Assembly: GCA_044870765.1 (NCBI GenBank)
Contig: JBIOZG010000012.1
Location: forward strand, 1-64,000
Direction of reading: 5' to 3'
DNA: 64,000 bases
Source of the DNA: Nitrososphaeraceae archaeon
GTDB lineage: Archaea; Thermoproteota; Nitrososphaeria; Nitrososphaerales; Nitrososphaeraceae
Part shown: in pieces, positions 1 to 9,088 of the stretch
How the letters are laid out: the number at the start of each line of letters is the position of its first letter
Numbering within the stretch: position 1 is the stretch's first letter
Notes under the pieces: generated by a model
Database searches by the model: none
What the model was told of the DNA's origin: nothing
The model's input: only the letters and a program-made list of their open reading frames with translations
Program-made: the position numbers and the translations under genes

Positions 1-106
1 TGGAAATATGACTAATCTAACATCAGCTGTACCAGCTCTTGGAAATATGACTAATCTAACATCAGCTGTACCAGCTCTTGGAAATATGACTAATCTAACA
101 TCAGCT
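1..106 (+). repeat. 39-bp in-frame tandem repeat (about 2.7 visible copies) encoding GNMTNLTSAVPAL
   Basis: tggaaatatgactaatctaacatcagctgtaccagctct at 1-39 and 40-78, partial copy at 79-106. Confidence 0.95.
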
Positions 107-262
107 TCTGGAAATATGACATCACAAGCTGCCCCGGTTAGTAAATTGGAAGCATTGATTGGCTTGATGAATCAAAATATGACGTATATCAATATTCATA
201 CTTCCCAATTCCCGGAAGGAGAGCTGAGAGGTACCCTCAAACCAACGAATTCAACGGGTTAA
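2..262 (+). CDS. CHRD-domain protein, C-terminal part (gene begins before the window)
   Basis: C-terminal TYINIHTSQFPEGELRGTL matches the CHRD motif YxNxHTxxFPxGExRGQ; the frame is open from the window start through a tandem repeat. Confidence 0.75.
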   Translation, partial: GNMTNLTSAVPALGNMTNLTSAVPALGNMTNLTSASGNMTSQAAPVSKLEALIGLMNQNMTYINIHTSQFPEGELRGTLKPTNSTG

Positions 263-364
263 GCGGGCCTTAATCATAATTTTTTCAAACCCTATTGAAA
301 TATCGCCTCACATTTGGTTCAGCGGAACAAAAGGATTTAAGATAACTTTGTATATTTTATTATA

Positions 365-1165
365 ATGTCTTTTTTTCAAAATGATATAAGAACTGTTTTT
401 TCCACCAAGAAACCTCCTAGCCTACAATCCCCGATTTTAATCTGTGGATTTCCTGGAAGTGGATATGTAGGAAAAATTGCTGTAGATCATGTCATAAGTG
501 ATCTACAGTCCGAACACTTGGCAGATATTTATTCATCCTCTTTTCCTCCGCAGGTCATGATAAAGAATAACGGTACCGTTGAACTCATGAAAAATATAAT
601 TTATTATGTCCAAGGTAAAGGCAATAGTCATGATTTTTTATTTCTCACCGGAGATGCGCAACCAGTAAGTTCTAAAGTGGAATATCTACTGGGAGAAGAA
701 ATAATAAAAGTCGCCAAAAGCTTTGGCGTTAAGCAAATTATTACTCTTGGAGCGTACATAACAGGTATGTTTGTCGATTCTCCAAGAATATTTGGCGTTG
801 CTACAGAGGAAGATGGGATAAAACTACTTAATTCATTGGATGTATTAAAAATAGATAATGGCAGTATCTCTGGAATGAACGGTATTCTACTTGGGATCGC
901 TAAAATAAATAACCTAAATGGAATTAGTTTACTAGGGGAAACATCCGGTTATGTTGTAGATGCAAATGCGTCAAAACATCTCCTCAAAAAATTACTAGCA
1001 GTAGTTGGACTTGAGGTTAATATGGAAGATTTGGATAGAAAAGCAAAGGACACTATAATGCTAATAAAAAGTATTGAACAGAGAATGGGTGACAAAAATG
1101 CTCAAAGTGATGATGTTCAACAAATGGTTCAAAAGAAGCAACCAGAAATTGGATATATAAGTTAA
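365..1165 (+). CDS. PAC2-family proteasome assembly chaperone
   Basis: GFPGSGYVGK, FPPQV, GDAQP, ITLGAY and ISLLGET motifs. Confidence 0.9.
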   Translation: MSFFQNDIRTVFSTKKPPSLQSPILICGFPGSGYVGKIAVDHVISDLQSEHLADIYSSSFPPQVMIKNNGTVELMKNIIYYVQGKGNSHDFLFLTGDAQPVSSKVEYLLGEEIIKVAKSFGVKQIITLGAYITGMFVDSPRIFGVATEEDGIKLLNSLDVLKIDNGSISGMNGILLGIAKINNLNGISLLGETSGYVVDANASKHLLKKLLAVVGLEVNMEDLDRKAKDTIMLIKSIEQRMGDKNAQSDDVQQMVQKKQPEIGYIS

Positions 1166-1219
1166 TTTGGATTAAATCTGTTGCTCGTTATTGATACTAA
1201 ATTTAGGATTGTACGTAAT

Positions 1220-1519
1220 CTAAAGTTTTACGAGCTTTCCATAACGCCCAATATTTAGACTATTTTCGCCCCTAAATGATTGAGTATATCCATTCTCAAT
1301 CGTGACTTCATCTCCTTCTGTTACCATATTTATTTGGTCATTCCATAATGATAGCTTGATACTTCCACTCTCATCCGAAAGAACTGCATCTGCGACTTGG
1401 GCTGTTTCGCCATTTCTCAAATTTACGGTTCTCGGTTCTTTGATTGAATCTATCTTACCTTTTACATTAATCCCTCGCATTCCAGCATGCAACTGATTTA
1501 TCTTAGTTTCCATCGCCAT
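1220..1519 (-). CDS. single OB-fold ssDNA-binding protein (SSB/RPA-like)
   Basis: DESGSIKLSLW, IENGY and LNIGRYG OB-fold signature. Confidence 0.9.
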   Translation of the reverse strand: MAMETKINQLHAGMRGINVKGKIDSIKEPRTVNLRNGETAQVADAVLSDESGSIKLSLWNDQINMVTEGDEVTIENGYTQSFRGENSLNIGRYGKLVKL

Positions 1520-1641
1520 TTACCAATTACCATCCTTATTCCAATAATAAAGTTTCTGTATTTTGTAGATTCCTGAGAGCTTTCTATTGTGACATTCTTA
1601 CCAGTAAAGGTGAAATAAGGATAGCAGATTGTCAGTGTTAT

Positions 1642-1747
1642 GGAGGGATAGCGAAGCATGGCCAACCGCGCAGGACTCAAGATGAAATTGCGACCATGAG
1701 GGATCCCGTCCCTTAGGGGTTCGTGGGTTCGAATCCCACTCCCTCCA
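1642..1747 (+). tRNA. tRNA-Leu(CAA) with 21-nt canonical intron (1682-1702, position 37/38)
   Basis: Acceptor GGAGGGA/TCCCTCC, anticodon CAA at 1678-1680, BHB helix CTCA/TGAG, long variable arm, GTGGG-TTCGAAT-CCCAC T-arm. Confidence 0.95.
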
Positions 1748-1811
1748 TACTAGTCTTAACTCATTATTCGGAACTTTAATTAACAATTGAATATCTTTTC
1801 ATTTTTGGTTT

Positions 1812-3275
1812 ATGACATCGGAACTAAGAGATTATGATATTATCGTAGCTGGGGGAGGATTAGCCGGTATGATAGTTGCATCTTCCGCTGCTTATTATTC
1901 AAAACAATCTCTTAAGATCCTAGTTGTAGATAGAAATGCATCACCACAGCTAGGTAAGAAGACAATATCAGGATGGGTGTGCGGTGACGCTGTGGGCAAA
2001 AATAGTGTAGATTACATGACATCAAGGATAGGAATAAAGTGGCAGAATCCAGAAATTGAACATCCAGTTAAGGGAGTTATAGCATTCTCACCGGACCATG
2101 AAACATCAATATCGTTTGACGGTGAAGGGTATATTCTCAATAGAAAAGTTTTGCCACAAAAGCAACTCAATGACGCACTTAACGCCGGCATAGAAATTAA
2201 ATATAATTTAGCATTAAGAAATCTGCTAACCGAAATTGGCAATGTTATTGGGGTAGAGGGCGAGGATCTAGAAACAAAATCACCTTTTAAAAAGACGTCT
2301 AAAATCGTGGTAGACTGCACAGGAGTTACTTCTGTTCTACGAACAAATCTTCCAATAAATTCACATATTCAAAAGAAGATTAACAGGGATGACCTGGAAG
2401 CAACTGGAAGATACATATATAATTTTCAAAATGAAGTAGAAGATAACACGTTTTTTGATCCCGATTATTGTCTAATCCACTTGGATCAGAATATTGCCCC
2501 GGGCGGATATGCATGGGTGTTTCCCAAGGGAAAAAGCAAAGTCAACGTAGGTCTTGGAGTTCAACAAAAAGCCATGGAAGAACATAACAGAAAACAGGGA
2601 CAACGTAAAGATTTGAAGACAAAGATAGATGATTACGTTAGATTGAATCCAGTGATAAAAAATCCACAAATAGCTGATGGTGAATCTGATGATGGAAATA
2701 GCTGGGGAACGTGGCAAGTTTCGGTCAGACGACAGAACGATTGCCTGGTGGCCAATGGATACATGTTGGTTGGTGACTCTGCGTGGATGCCAAAGCCACT
2801 AGATGCCGGAGGAATTGGTCCGGCAATAATAGCAGCCACGATCGCAGGAAAAGACGCAGTGCAATCGATACAAGCCAATGATTATTCAGAAGAATCACTT
2901 TGGCAGTACAATTTGGATTTTGTTGATGCTTATGGGTACAAGACAGCTGGTCTTGAAGTTTTTAGAAGACTCCTACAGAAGTTATCAAACGATCAAATCA
3001 ACTTTGGGATGAAACACTTTCTTTCAAAATTAGATATCGAAAATATAACGAACGGAGAGCATCCTGAATTTGGTATGGTAGACAAGCTCAACATGTTTAT
3101 TCACGGAGCCATCAATAAAAGTTTGGCAGAAGATCTCAAGCAAACGGCTGATGTAAACAAAAAATTGGTCGTTCATTATCATAATTATCCCAAAGAGCCG
3201 AATGACTTTCCAGAGTGGCAAATAGGCCTGAGCAAATTAATGTCAGATGCATTCGTAAAATTAGGATGTGCGTAA
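1812..3275 (+). CDS. geranylgeranyl reductase-family FAD oxidoreductase
   Basis: GGGLAG dinucleotide-binding motif, GGYAWVFPKG, LVGDSA...PLDAGGI. Confidence 0.85.
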   Translation: MTSELRDYDIIVAGGGLAGMIVASSAAYYSKQSLKILVVDRNASPQLGKKTISGWVCGDAVGKNSVDYMTSRIGIKWQNPEIEHPVKGVIAFSPDHETSISFDGEGYILNRKVLPQKQLNDALNAGIEIKYNLALRNLLTEIGNVIGVEGEDLETKSPFKKTSKIVVDCTGVTSVLRTNLPINSHIQKKINRDDLEATGRYIYNFQNEVEDNTFFDPDYCLIHLDQNIAPGGYAWVFPKGKSKVNVGLGVQQKAMEEHNRKQGQRKDLKTKIDDYVRLNPVIKNPQIADGESDDGNSWGTWQVSVRRQNDCLVANGYMLVGDSAWMPKPLDAGGIGPAIIAATIAGKDAVQSIQANDYSEESLWQYNLDFVDAYGYKTAGLEVFRRLLQKLSNDQINFGMKHFLSKLDIENITNGEHPEFGMVDKLNMFIHGAINKSLAEDLKQTADVNKKLVVHYHNYPKEPNDFPEWQIGLSKLMSDAFVKLGCA

Positions 3276-3284
3276 TCGTTACAA

Positions 3285-3929
3285 TCATTTGGAATGTTCT
3301 AAACTCATAAGCTTTCTTTCGAATTCTTCTATTCTTTCGATCATTACCGTTCTGCGCTTTTCTTCGGTTAATATTGCCCTAACATTTTCTATCAGCAATC
3401 GTGAAATATCCAATTTTTTTCTTAATCCAGGCATAAGGTTATCGTAAACAGCTAGTGGATATATAGTACCATAGATCCTGTCCATTAACTCAAACAAAGT
3501 ATTTACGTTAGATATGCCCTCTGACCTAATTTTATCGATAATCATACGCTTAATTTCACCGATGCAGTCTAGGAGTCCCATGACATATGAGATATCGTAT
3601 ACTTCCAGTGACTTCATACTGGGTATTACATTATCTTCAATTATTGAAAAGAGACAACAAGCCTCCACATACTCTTGCTCCGCTACATACAAATATTTTT
3701 GAAGATCTTCTTTACCCAATTCCCGAAATTGTTGCAACAATCTCTTTGCCTTTTCAATATTCTCAATTGATTCACTTTTTTTGTGAGCGTGCATCGATAC
3801 TATTGCTTTGCTGCAAAGTATCGTCGCGTCTCGTGTTCCCTTGATAATAGTATTCCTTCTTTCCTCTATATCTTTAAATTTTTTATTGATTTCCTCTACA
3901 TCAGATTGGACATGTGATAGCAATAACAA
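3285..3929 (-). CDS. translin/TRAX-family (C3PO-like) protein
   Basis: All-helical; QEYVEA and GLLDCIGEIKR acidic motifs, LRKKLD. Confidence 0.85.
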   Translation of the reverse strand: MLLLSHVQSDVEEINKKFKDIEERRNTIIKGTRDATILCSKAIVSMHAHKKSESIENIEKAKRLLQQFRELGKEDLQKYLYVAEQEYVEACCLFSIIEDNVIPSMKSLEVYDISYVMGLLDCIGEIKRMIIDKIRSEGISNVNTLFELMDRIYGTIYPLAVYDNLMPGLRKKLDISRLLIENVRAILTEEKRRTVMIERIEEFERKLMSLEHSK

Positions 3930-4064
3930 ACATGTTGTTTGCCAATATATTTATTAATTATTTGAGGTAGAAGAATTCTATACAATAGACAAAATTAGAA
4001 TAGTATTTCAAGACATATTTGTTCAAAAATTTCATTCTTTCTGAATTAAATACTAGTGTGTGGA

Positions 4065-4649
4065 ATGCAAGATATCTTGGCGTATCAAGCACAAACCTAT
4101 CAGACTATAATACCGAGTAAGAAGAAAACTATTCAGGAAGACGTGGTACAATTTTACACCAAATTAAACAGGATTAGAAGAAATAGAGGATATAGTTTTG
4201 AACATGTACTTGTCCAAAAACTGAATAATAATAATCCCTGGAGAGCAAGACGTTTGGGAGGATCCAGTGCAAACTTGCCAGATATAATAGCCGTAAATAA
4301 CAAGGAATCAATATTCCTGTCAATTGAGGCTAAATCTGGAACTGCGGATAGTCTTTATGTTCCTTCGGATCAAATCCAAAGGTGTTTTCAAATAAGAGAT
4401 ATGTTCCAGGTTTACAAAACTGCTCATGTTGTTTTGGCATTCAAATTTATGCAAAAAAGAAGAATTAGAGAGGAAGGTAAAACAGTTTACATTCATAGAA
4501 AGTTGCAAGAATATTATAAAATAGCAGACAAATATTCTAGAATGAAAGAATTACCGGTCATAAAATGTACCTACGACGGAAATACTTATGAAATCAGGGA
4601 CAGCGAGACAAGGAAATGTAATCTGAAAAGCTATATTATGCCTTTTTAA
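4065..4649 (+). CDS. Hjc-like PD-(D/E)xK nuclease/resolvase
   Basis: RGYSFE...LPDIIA...IEAKS signature; ATG at 4065 preferred over GTG at 4056. Confidence 0.8.
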   Translation: MQDILAYQAQTYQTIIPSKKKTIQEDVVQFYTKLNRIRRNRGYSFEHVLVQKLNNNNPWRARRLGGSSANLPDIIAVNNKESIFLSIEAKSGTADSLYVPSDQIQRCFQIRDMFQVYKTAHVVLAFKFMQKRRIREEGKTVYIHRKLQEYYKIADKYSRMKELPVIKCTYDGNTYEIRDSETRKCNLKSYIMPF

Positions 4650-4702
4650 GACACATATTTAATAGCTCATAATTTTTATCTCTCGACTATGATTAACAAT
4701 CA

Positions 4703-5392
4703 ATGGTAGCAAGAGAGCAACCAATTACTTCTGAGCAAATGTACCTTATTGAGGATAATGGATTCGCTATTTTTGGTATGAAAAAAATATTGATGATGGA
4801 AAACGCAGGACACGGTCTTGCAGATTTTATCTTTTCCAAAAAGGGGCCAGAGTTTGCAGGCAAAAAAATCGTGTCGTTTTGTGGAACAGGTAATAATGGA
4901 GGAGATGCTATGGTTGCATCAAGGCACCTTTCAGGCTACCAGGGCGCTGAGGTTATCATCCTGCTTATTGGGGATTCTAAAAACATAAAGACTGAAGAAA
5001 CAACTGCAAATTGGTCAATTATAAGAAAGATGAAGTCAGTAAAAATCATTGAAGGAAATAATGTATTAGAATTGGCGAAAAAGGAGTTGTCAAACTCAGA
5101 CATAATTATTGATGGGATTTTTGGCACAGGGATAAAAGGAGAAATAATGGATCCTTTTTCGACTGCAATTGATTTGATAAACGATTCTAAAGCTTATGTA
5201 GTTTCTGTGGATATCCCTTCCGGTCTCAATCCAAATGACGGAAGTTTTCATGATAAATGTGTCAAAGCTGATGCTACCGTTACTTTTCATCGAATCAAAA
5301 ATGGGTTAACTAGAAACAAAGAATATACAGGCGAGATTCATCTCGAGAAAATTGGAATTCCAATGGAAGCTGAGCAGGGAGTACTGATATGA
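4703..5392 (+). CDS. nnrE: NAD(P)H-hydrate epimerase (YjeF N-terminal domain)
   Basis: LMMENAG, GTGNNGGD, DGIFGTG and VDIPSG motifs. Confidence 0.93.
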   Translation: MVAREQPITSEQMYLIEDNGFAIFGMKKILMMENAGHGLADFIFSKKGPEFAGKKIVSFCGTGNNGGDAMVASRHLSGYQGAEVIILLIGDSKNIKTEETTANWSIIRKMKSVKIIEGNNVLELAKKELSNSDIIIDGIFGTGIKGEIMDPFSTAIDLINDSKAYVVSVDIPSGLNPNDGSFHDKCVKADATVTFHRIKNGLTRNKEYTGEIHLEKIGIPMEAEQGVLI

Positions 5393-6006
5393 AAATAGTT
5401 CAGATTCCAGTAGGCGATATGCAGAATTTTTCATATATTATTTTTGATGAAAAAAAAAACATTGGTGCCGTCATTGATCCTTCATGGGATCTTGAAAAAA
5501 TCCTTGACTTCTTGGACAGAAACAAGATTTCTGCAAAATATATAATAAATACACATACACATTTTGATCATGTTCTAGGGAACGATCAAATTGCCGAAAT
5601 TACAAAAGCTCAAATAATTCAACACGAAAAGTCAAAGAACAGAAAAGATAAATCGGTGCACGATGGAGAGATCATTAGAATCGGAGATGTACAACTGGAG
5701 ATTGTGTATACACCAGGTCATTCTGAAGACAGTATATGCCTTGTTGCAAATAAAGAAGCCATTATTACAGGCGATACTCTCTTCGTAGGTAACATTGGCA
5801 GGGTTGACCTTCCAGGAAGCAGTCCTAATAAGATGTACGACAGTCTATCCAAAGTCGCAAGTTTAGATGGTTCATTAGTAGTGTATCCTGGTCACAACTA
5901 CGGTATTTCACCATCATCAACAATTCTCAATGAAAGGACAAATAATCCAATGCTAAATTTCAAAACTAAAGAAGCATTCTTAAAGTATATGGTTAACGAG
6001 GGTTAA
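5389..6006 (+). CDS. metallo-beta-lactamase-fold hydrolase (glyoxalase II-like)
   Basis: THTHFDH, TPGHS, TGDTLF and YPGH motifs. Confidence 0.9.
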   Translation: MKIVQIPVGDMQNFSYIIFDEKKNIGAVIDPSWDLEKILDFLDRNKISAKYIINTHTHFDHVLGNDQIAEITKAQIIQHEKSKNRKDKSVHDGEIIRIGDVQLEIVYTPGHSEDSICLVANKEAIITGDTLFVGNIGRVDLPGSSPNKMYDSLSKVASLDGSLVVYPGHNYGISPSSTILNERTNNPMLNFKTKEAFLKYMVNEG

Positions 6007-6009
6007 TAT

Positions 6010-7107
6010 ATGTCTGAACTATTTGATATAACTTGTTCTCAAAAAAGTAACATAACTGAAAAGTTTCGTACCAGAAACCCCATTTTTGTGTGCGTTATCT
6101 CATATACAGAGACTAGTCAGGTTCCAGGAATAACTTTTGCAGGAGCAAATCCAGATTTAATTAAATATACTCCAGCAGCAGATGCCGAGTTTCTGTATCA
6201 CGGAAAATGCTTTTCGATTCCAGGAGTGCCTGCAACTCCGGATGGAATTCCAACACCAGCTCTGTTAACCAGAACAGCCATCCTAATGGGTAAAATACCA
6301 TGCTTGGTGGTGGATTCGGGATCGAAAATTAAACCCAAGATTCCACATATTTCATTTGGAATTACCCATGGCAGAAATATTCAGTATGAACCTGCGTTAG
6401 AACTATTTGAAACTCATCAGGCTTTTGAATATGGCAAATTACTGGGCCAGCAATTATCGATGTCAAATGATTTGATTGTGGTAGGTGAAAGCATTCCAGG
6501 TGGAACAACTACTGGGCTTGGTGTATTGACAGGTCTTGGAATTGACGCAAATTACAAAATGAGCAGCAGTATGCCAATAAACCCACATGACTTAAAGATA
6601 CATGTTGTAAAGCAAGCAATAAAGAATCAAAAGATTCCACCAGATTTGCAAGATCCGTTCAAAATAGTATCTTTATTAGGCGACCCGATGATACCGGCAG
6701 TAGCTGGAATTGCAACCGGTGTTATGCAATCTGGTTCGAAGTTGATGCTTGCTGGAGGAACACAGATGGCTGCAGTCGTTGCATTCATGCACTCCACGAA
6801 GTTGTCATTAAAGAACATTTGCTTGGGAACAACATCGTATGTCACTGACGATAAAAATTCAGACCTGGAATTTCTCGCAAAAACAATTTGTCCAGATGTT
6901 CCCATAATGTCCGTTAATCCTGGTTTAGATAGGTCAACCAAAAATGGCCTTAAAATGTATGACAAGGGTGTTGTAAAGGAAGGAGTAGGCTCCGGTGGTG
7001 CCCTAATTACTATGCTTTTGAAATCTAATGGATCTCTTAACAAGGATACTTTTTTGAGAAATATTGAAAAAGAGTATGAAAGAAATATTGAAAAACTTAT
7101 GGTCTGA
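6010..7107 (+). CDS. cobT: archaeal nicotinate-nucleotide:dimethylbenzimidazole phosphoribosyltransferase (CobT-like)
   Basis: YTPAADAE, GESIPGGTTT, AGGTQM and VKEGVG motifs. Confidence 0.85.
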   Translation: MSELFDITCSQKSNITEKFRTRNPIFVCVISYTETSQVPGITFAGANPDLIKYTPAADAEFLYHGKCFSIPGVPATPDGIPTPALLTRTAILMGKIPCLVVDSGSKIKPKIPHISFGITHGRNIQYEPALELFETHQAFEYGKLLGQQLSMSNDLIVVGESIPGGTTTGLGVLTGLGIDANYKMSSSMPINPHDLKIHVVKQAIKNQKIPPDLQDPFKIVSLLGDPMIPAVAGIATGVMQSGSKLMLAGGTQMAAVVAFMHSTKLSLKNICLGTTSYVTDDKNSDLEFLAKTICPDVPIMSVNPGLDRSTKNGLKMYDKGVVKEGVGSGGALITMLLKSNGSLNKDTFLRNIEKEYERNIEKLMV

Positions 7108-7142
7108 AAGAATTTAATTTCATAGTGGATTATGGGGCCTGA

Positions 7143-8906
7143 TTATTTGACAGTGACAGATTTTGCAAGGTTACGCGGATAATCGGGATTTGCGTTGTTG
7201 CATATTGAAAGGTAGTAAGCCAAAATCTGTAGTGGAATAACTTCTATTAGAGGGTATAGAAACTCACTTACCGTGGGGATGATAATTTGATAGTCATACA
7301 CATCGTTCCTCTTGTTTGATATTCCAACTATTTTTGCACCTCTTGATTTTATAGTATGAATGTTTGATAGAGTGTCGCTATAAGTAGAATCATTAGGATG
7401 TATGACTATGACAATGCTGCTATTATCTATAAGTGCTAAAGCTCCATGCTTTAATTCACCTGCAGCCATACCTTCTGCATGTATGTAAGACAGCTCCTTG
7501 ATTTTTAATGCGCCTTCCAGGCTGACAGGAAAATGAAAAGATCGGCCCAGTATGTATATATCCTTTGAATCTTTTATCTGATTTGCAACCCTTTCGATCT
7601 GTGAATCTAATTCAAGAACCTCACTAACAGACTTAGTCAAAATCTCTTTACTCTCAGCTATACCGTTTGATTTCCCACTGATTATGTCTGCAACATAATA
7701 CAATAAAGCAATTTGACTTGTAAAACTCTTGGTTGCCGCAACTCCTATTTCAGGACCGCAGTTTACTTCAAGATAAGAATCACTCAGTCTTGCAAGTGAG
7801 GAGGTAGGGATATTAACTATAGATAGCACTTTGGCGCCCATGTTCTTGGCCGCTTTCACAGATTCCATTACATCTGCAGTTTCTCCACTCTGGGAAATCG
7901 CCAATAAAACTGAATTTTCATCCAACATATCAGCTGAATACTGGAATTCGCTTGACATGATTGTTTCAACATGAATCTTTGATTTTGAAAAGATTTGCTT
8001 GGCGAGTAATGCAGAATGGTAACTTGTTCCACTGCCGGTAATAAAGATATTTTTAGCCTCTGATATAATATTGCAAAATTTTTCTAAATTTTTCTTGTCT
8101 TGCTCCAAGCTTTTTACTATGGTTTGTTGCTGCTCGTGAATTTCTTTCAATGTGTAATGAGAATACTTTCCTTTATCAGCGTCCCCCAACTCCCAGGCAA
8201 CTTGTGTTATCTTCCTTGAAATTCTGTCTCCATCGAAATTGAAAAAAGAAATGTCACTATCGTTAATTACGACTATATCGCGATTATCCAAAAATATTGC
8301 CTTATCAGTATGATTCAAGAAACCTAGAATATCACTAGAAAGAAAATAGTCATCGTTACCAACTCCCACTATCAGTGGTTCATCATATCTTGCACCACAT
8401 AAGGTTGACGAATCAAACACGGCAACAAACGCAAAAGAACCCACTAGTCGCTTGCATGTAAATATCATAGATAATCGGATATCTCTGGTGATCTCAAAAT
8501 ATTCCTCCAAGAGATGAGCAATTACTTCGCTATCAGTTTCACTCTTGAACTTATGACCTGATTTTTTGAGTTCTTCTTTGAGTTCATCATAATTTTCTAC
8601 TATGCCGTTGTGCACTACAGCAATTGTGGAATTACATGCAAGGTGAGGATGTGCGTTATGATCAACGATGCCTCCATGTGTTGCCCATCTTGTGTGTCCA
8701 ATGCCTAACTTACCAGGTAACTCATCAAGCTTCAGAGATTTGTTGACTTCCGCAACTCTACCTACTCCCTTACGTGTCAAGAGTTTTCCGGATTTAATCG
8801 TGGCAATACCCACGCTATCATATCCTCTGTATTCCATTTTCTTAAGACCTTCAATTAGTACGGAAGAAGCATGATCATTGCCTTTGTATCCGATTATTGA
8901 ACACAT
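7143..8906 (-). CDS. glmS: glutamine--fructose-6-phosphate transaminase
   Basis: N-terminal MC, YRGYDS, GHTRWATHG, SQSGETAD, PRNLAKSVTV. Confidence 0.98.
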   Translation of the reverse strand: MCSIIGYKGNDHASSVLIEGLKKMEYRGYDSVGIATIKSGKLLTRKGVGRVAEVNKSLKLDELPGKLGIGHTRWATHGGIVDHNAHPHLACNSTIAVVHNGIVENYDELKEELKKSGHKFKSETDSEVIAHLLEEYFEITRDIRLSMIFTCKRLVGSFAFVAVFDSSTLCGARYDEPLIVGVGNDDYFLSSDILGFLNHTDKAIFLDNRDIVVINDSDISFFNFDGDRISRKITQVAWELGDADKGKYSHYTLKEIHEQQQTIVKSLEQDKKNLEKFCNIISEAKNIFITGSGTSYHSALLAKQIFSKSKIHVETIMSSEFQYSADMLDENSVLLAISQSGETADVMESVKAAKNMGAKVLSIVNIPTSSLARLSDSYLEVNCGPEIGVAATKSFTSQIALLYYVADIISGKSNGIAESKEILTKSVSEVLELDSQIERVANQIKDSKDIYILGRSFHFPVSLEGALKIKELSYIHAEGMAAGELKHGALALIDNSSIVIVIHPNDSTYSDTLSNIHTIKSRGAKIVGISNKRNDVYDYQIIIPTVSEFLYPLIEVIPLQILAYYLSICNNANPDYPRNLAKSVTVK

Positions 8907-9088
8907 AATACTATTCTACAATTTACATTGCTTTAAAATAATTATTAATATGACAAGTTACCACTACAAAAAAAATTATAATGCTTTTGGGGGAACCGCT
9001 TTCAACTCATGACTGATAAAAATTTCACTAGATTATGCGTATTAATACACCAGACAATGTTAATATATAATAGTAAGTCAATTGATGG

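Noticed and set aside
1-120. Direct repeats at the window start as a CRISPR array
   Set aside because: Units are contiguous with no unique spacers, length is a multiple of 3 and in frame, and no cas genes are present.
1498-1786. Minus-strand ORFs of 60 and 62 aa
   Set aside because: They are antisense to tRNA-Leu(CAA); WREWDSNP is the typical translation of an antisense T-arm.
8907-9088. glmS ribozyme upstream of glmS
   Set aside because: AT-rich with no recognisable ribozyme core or paired stems.
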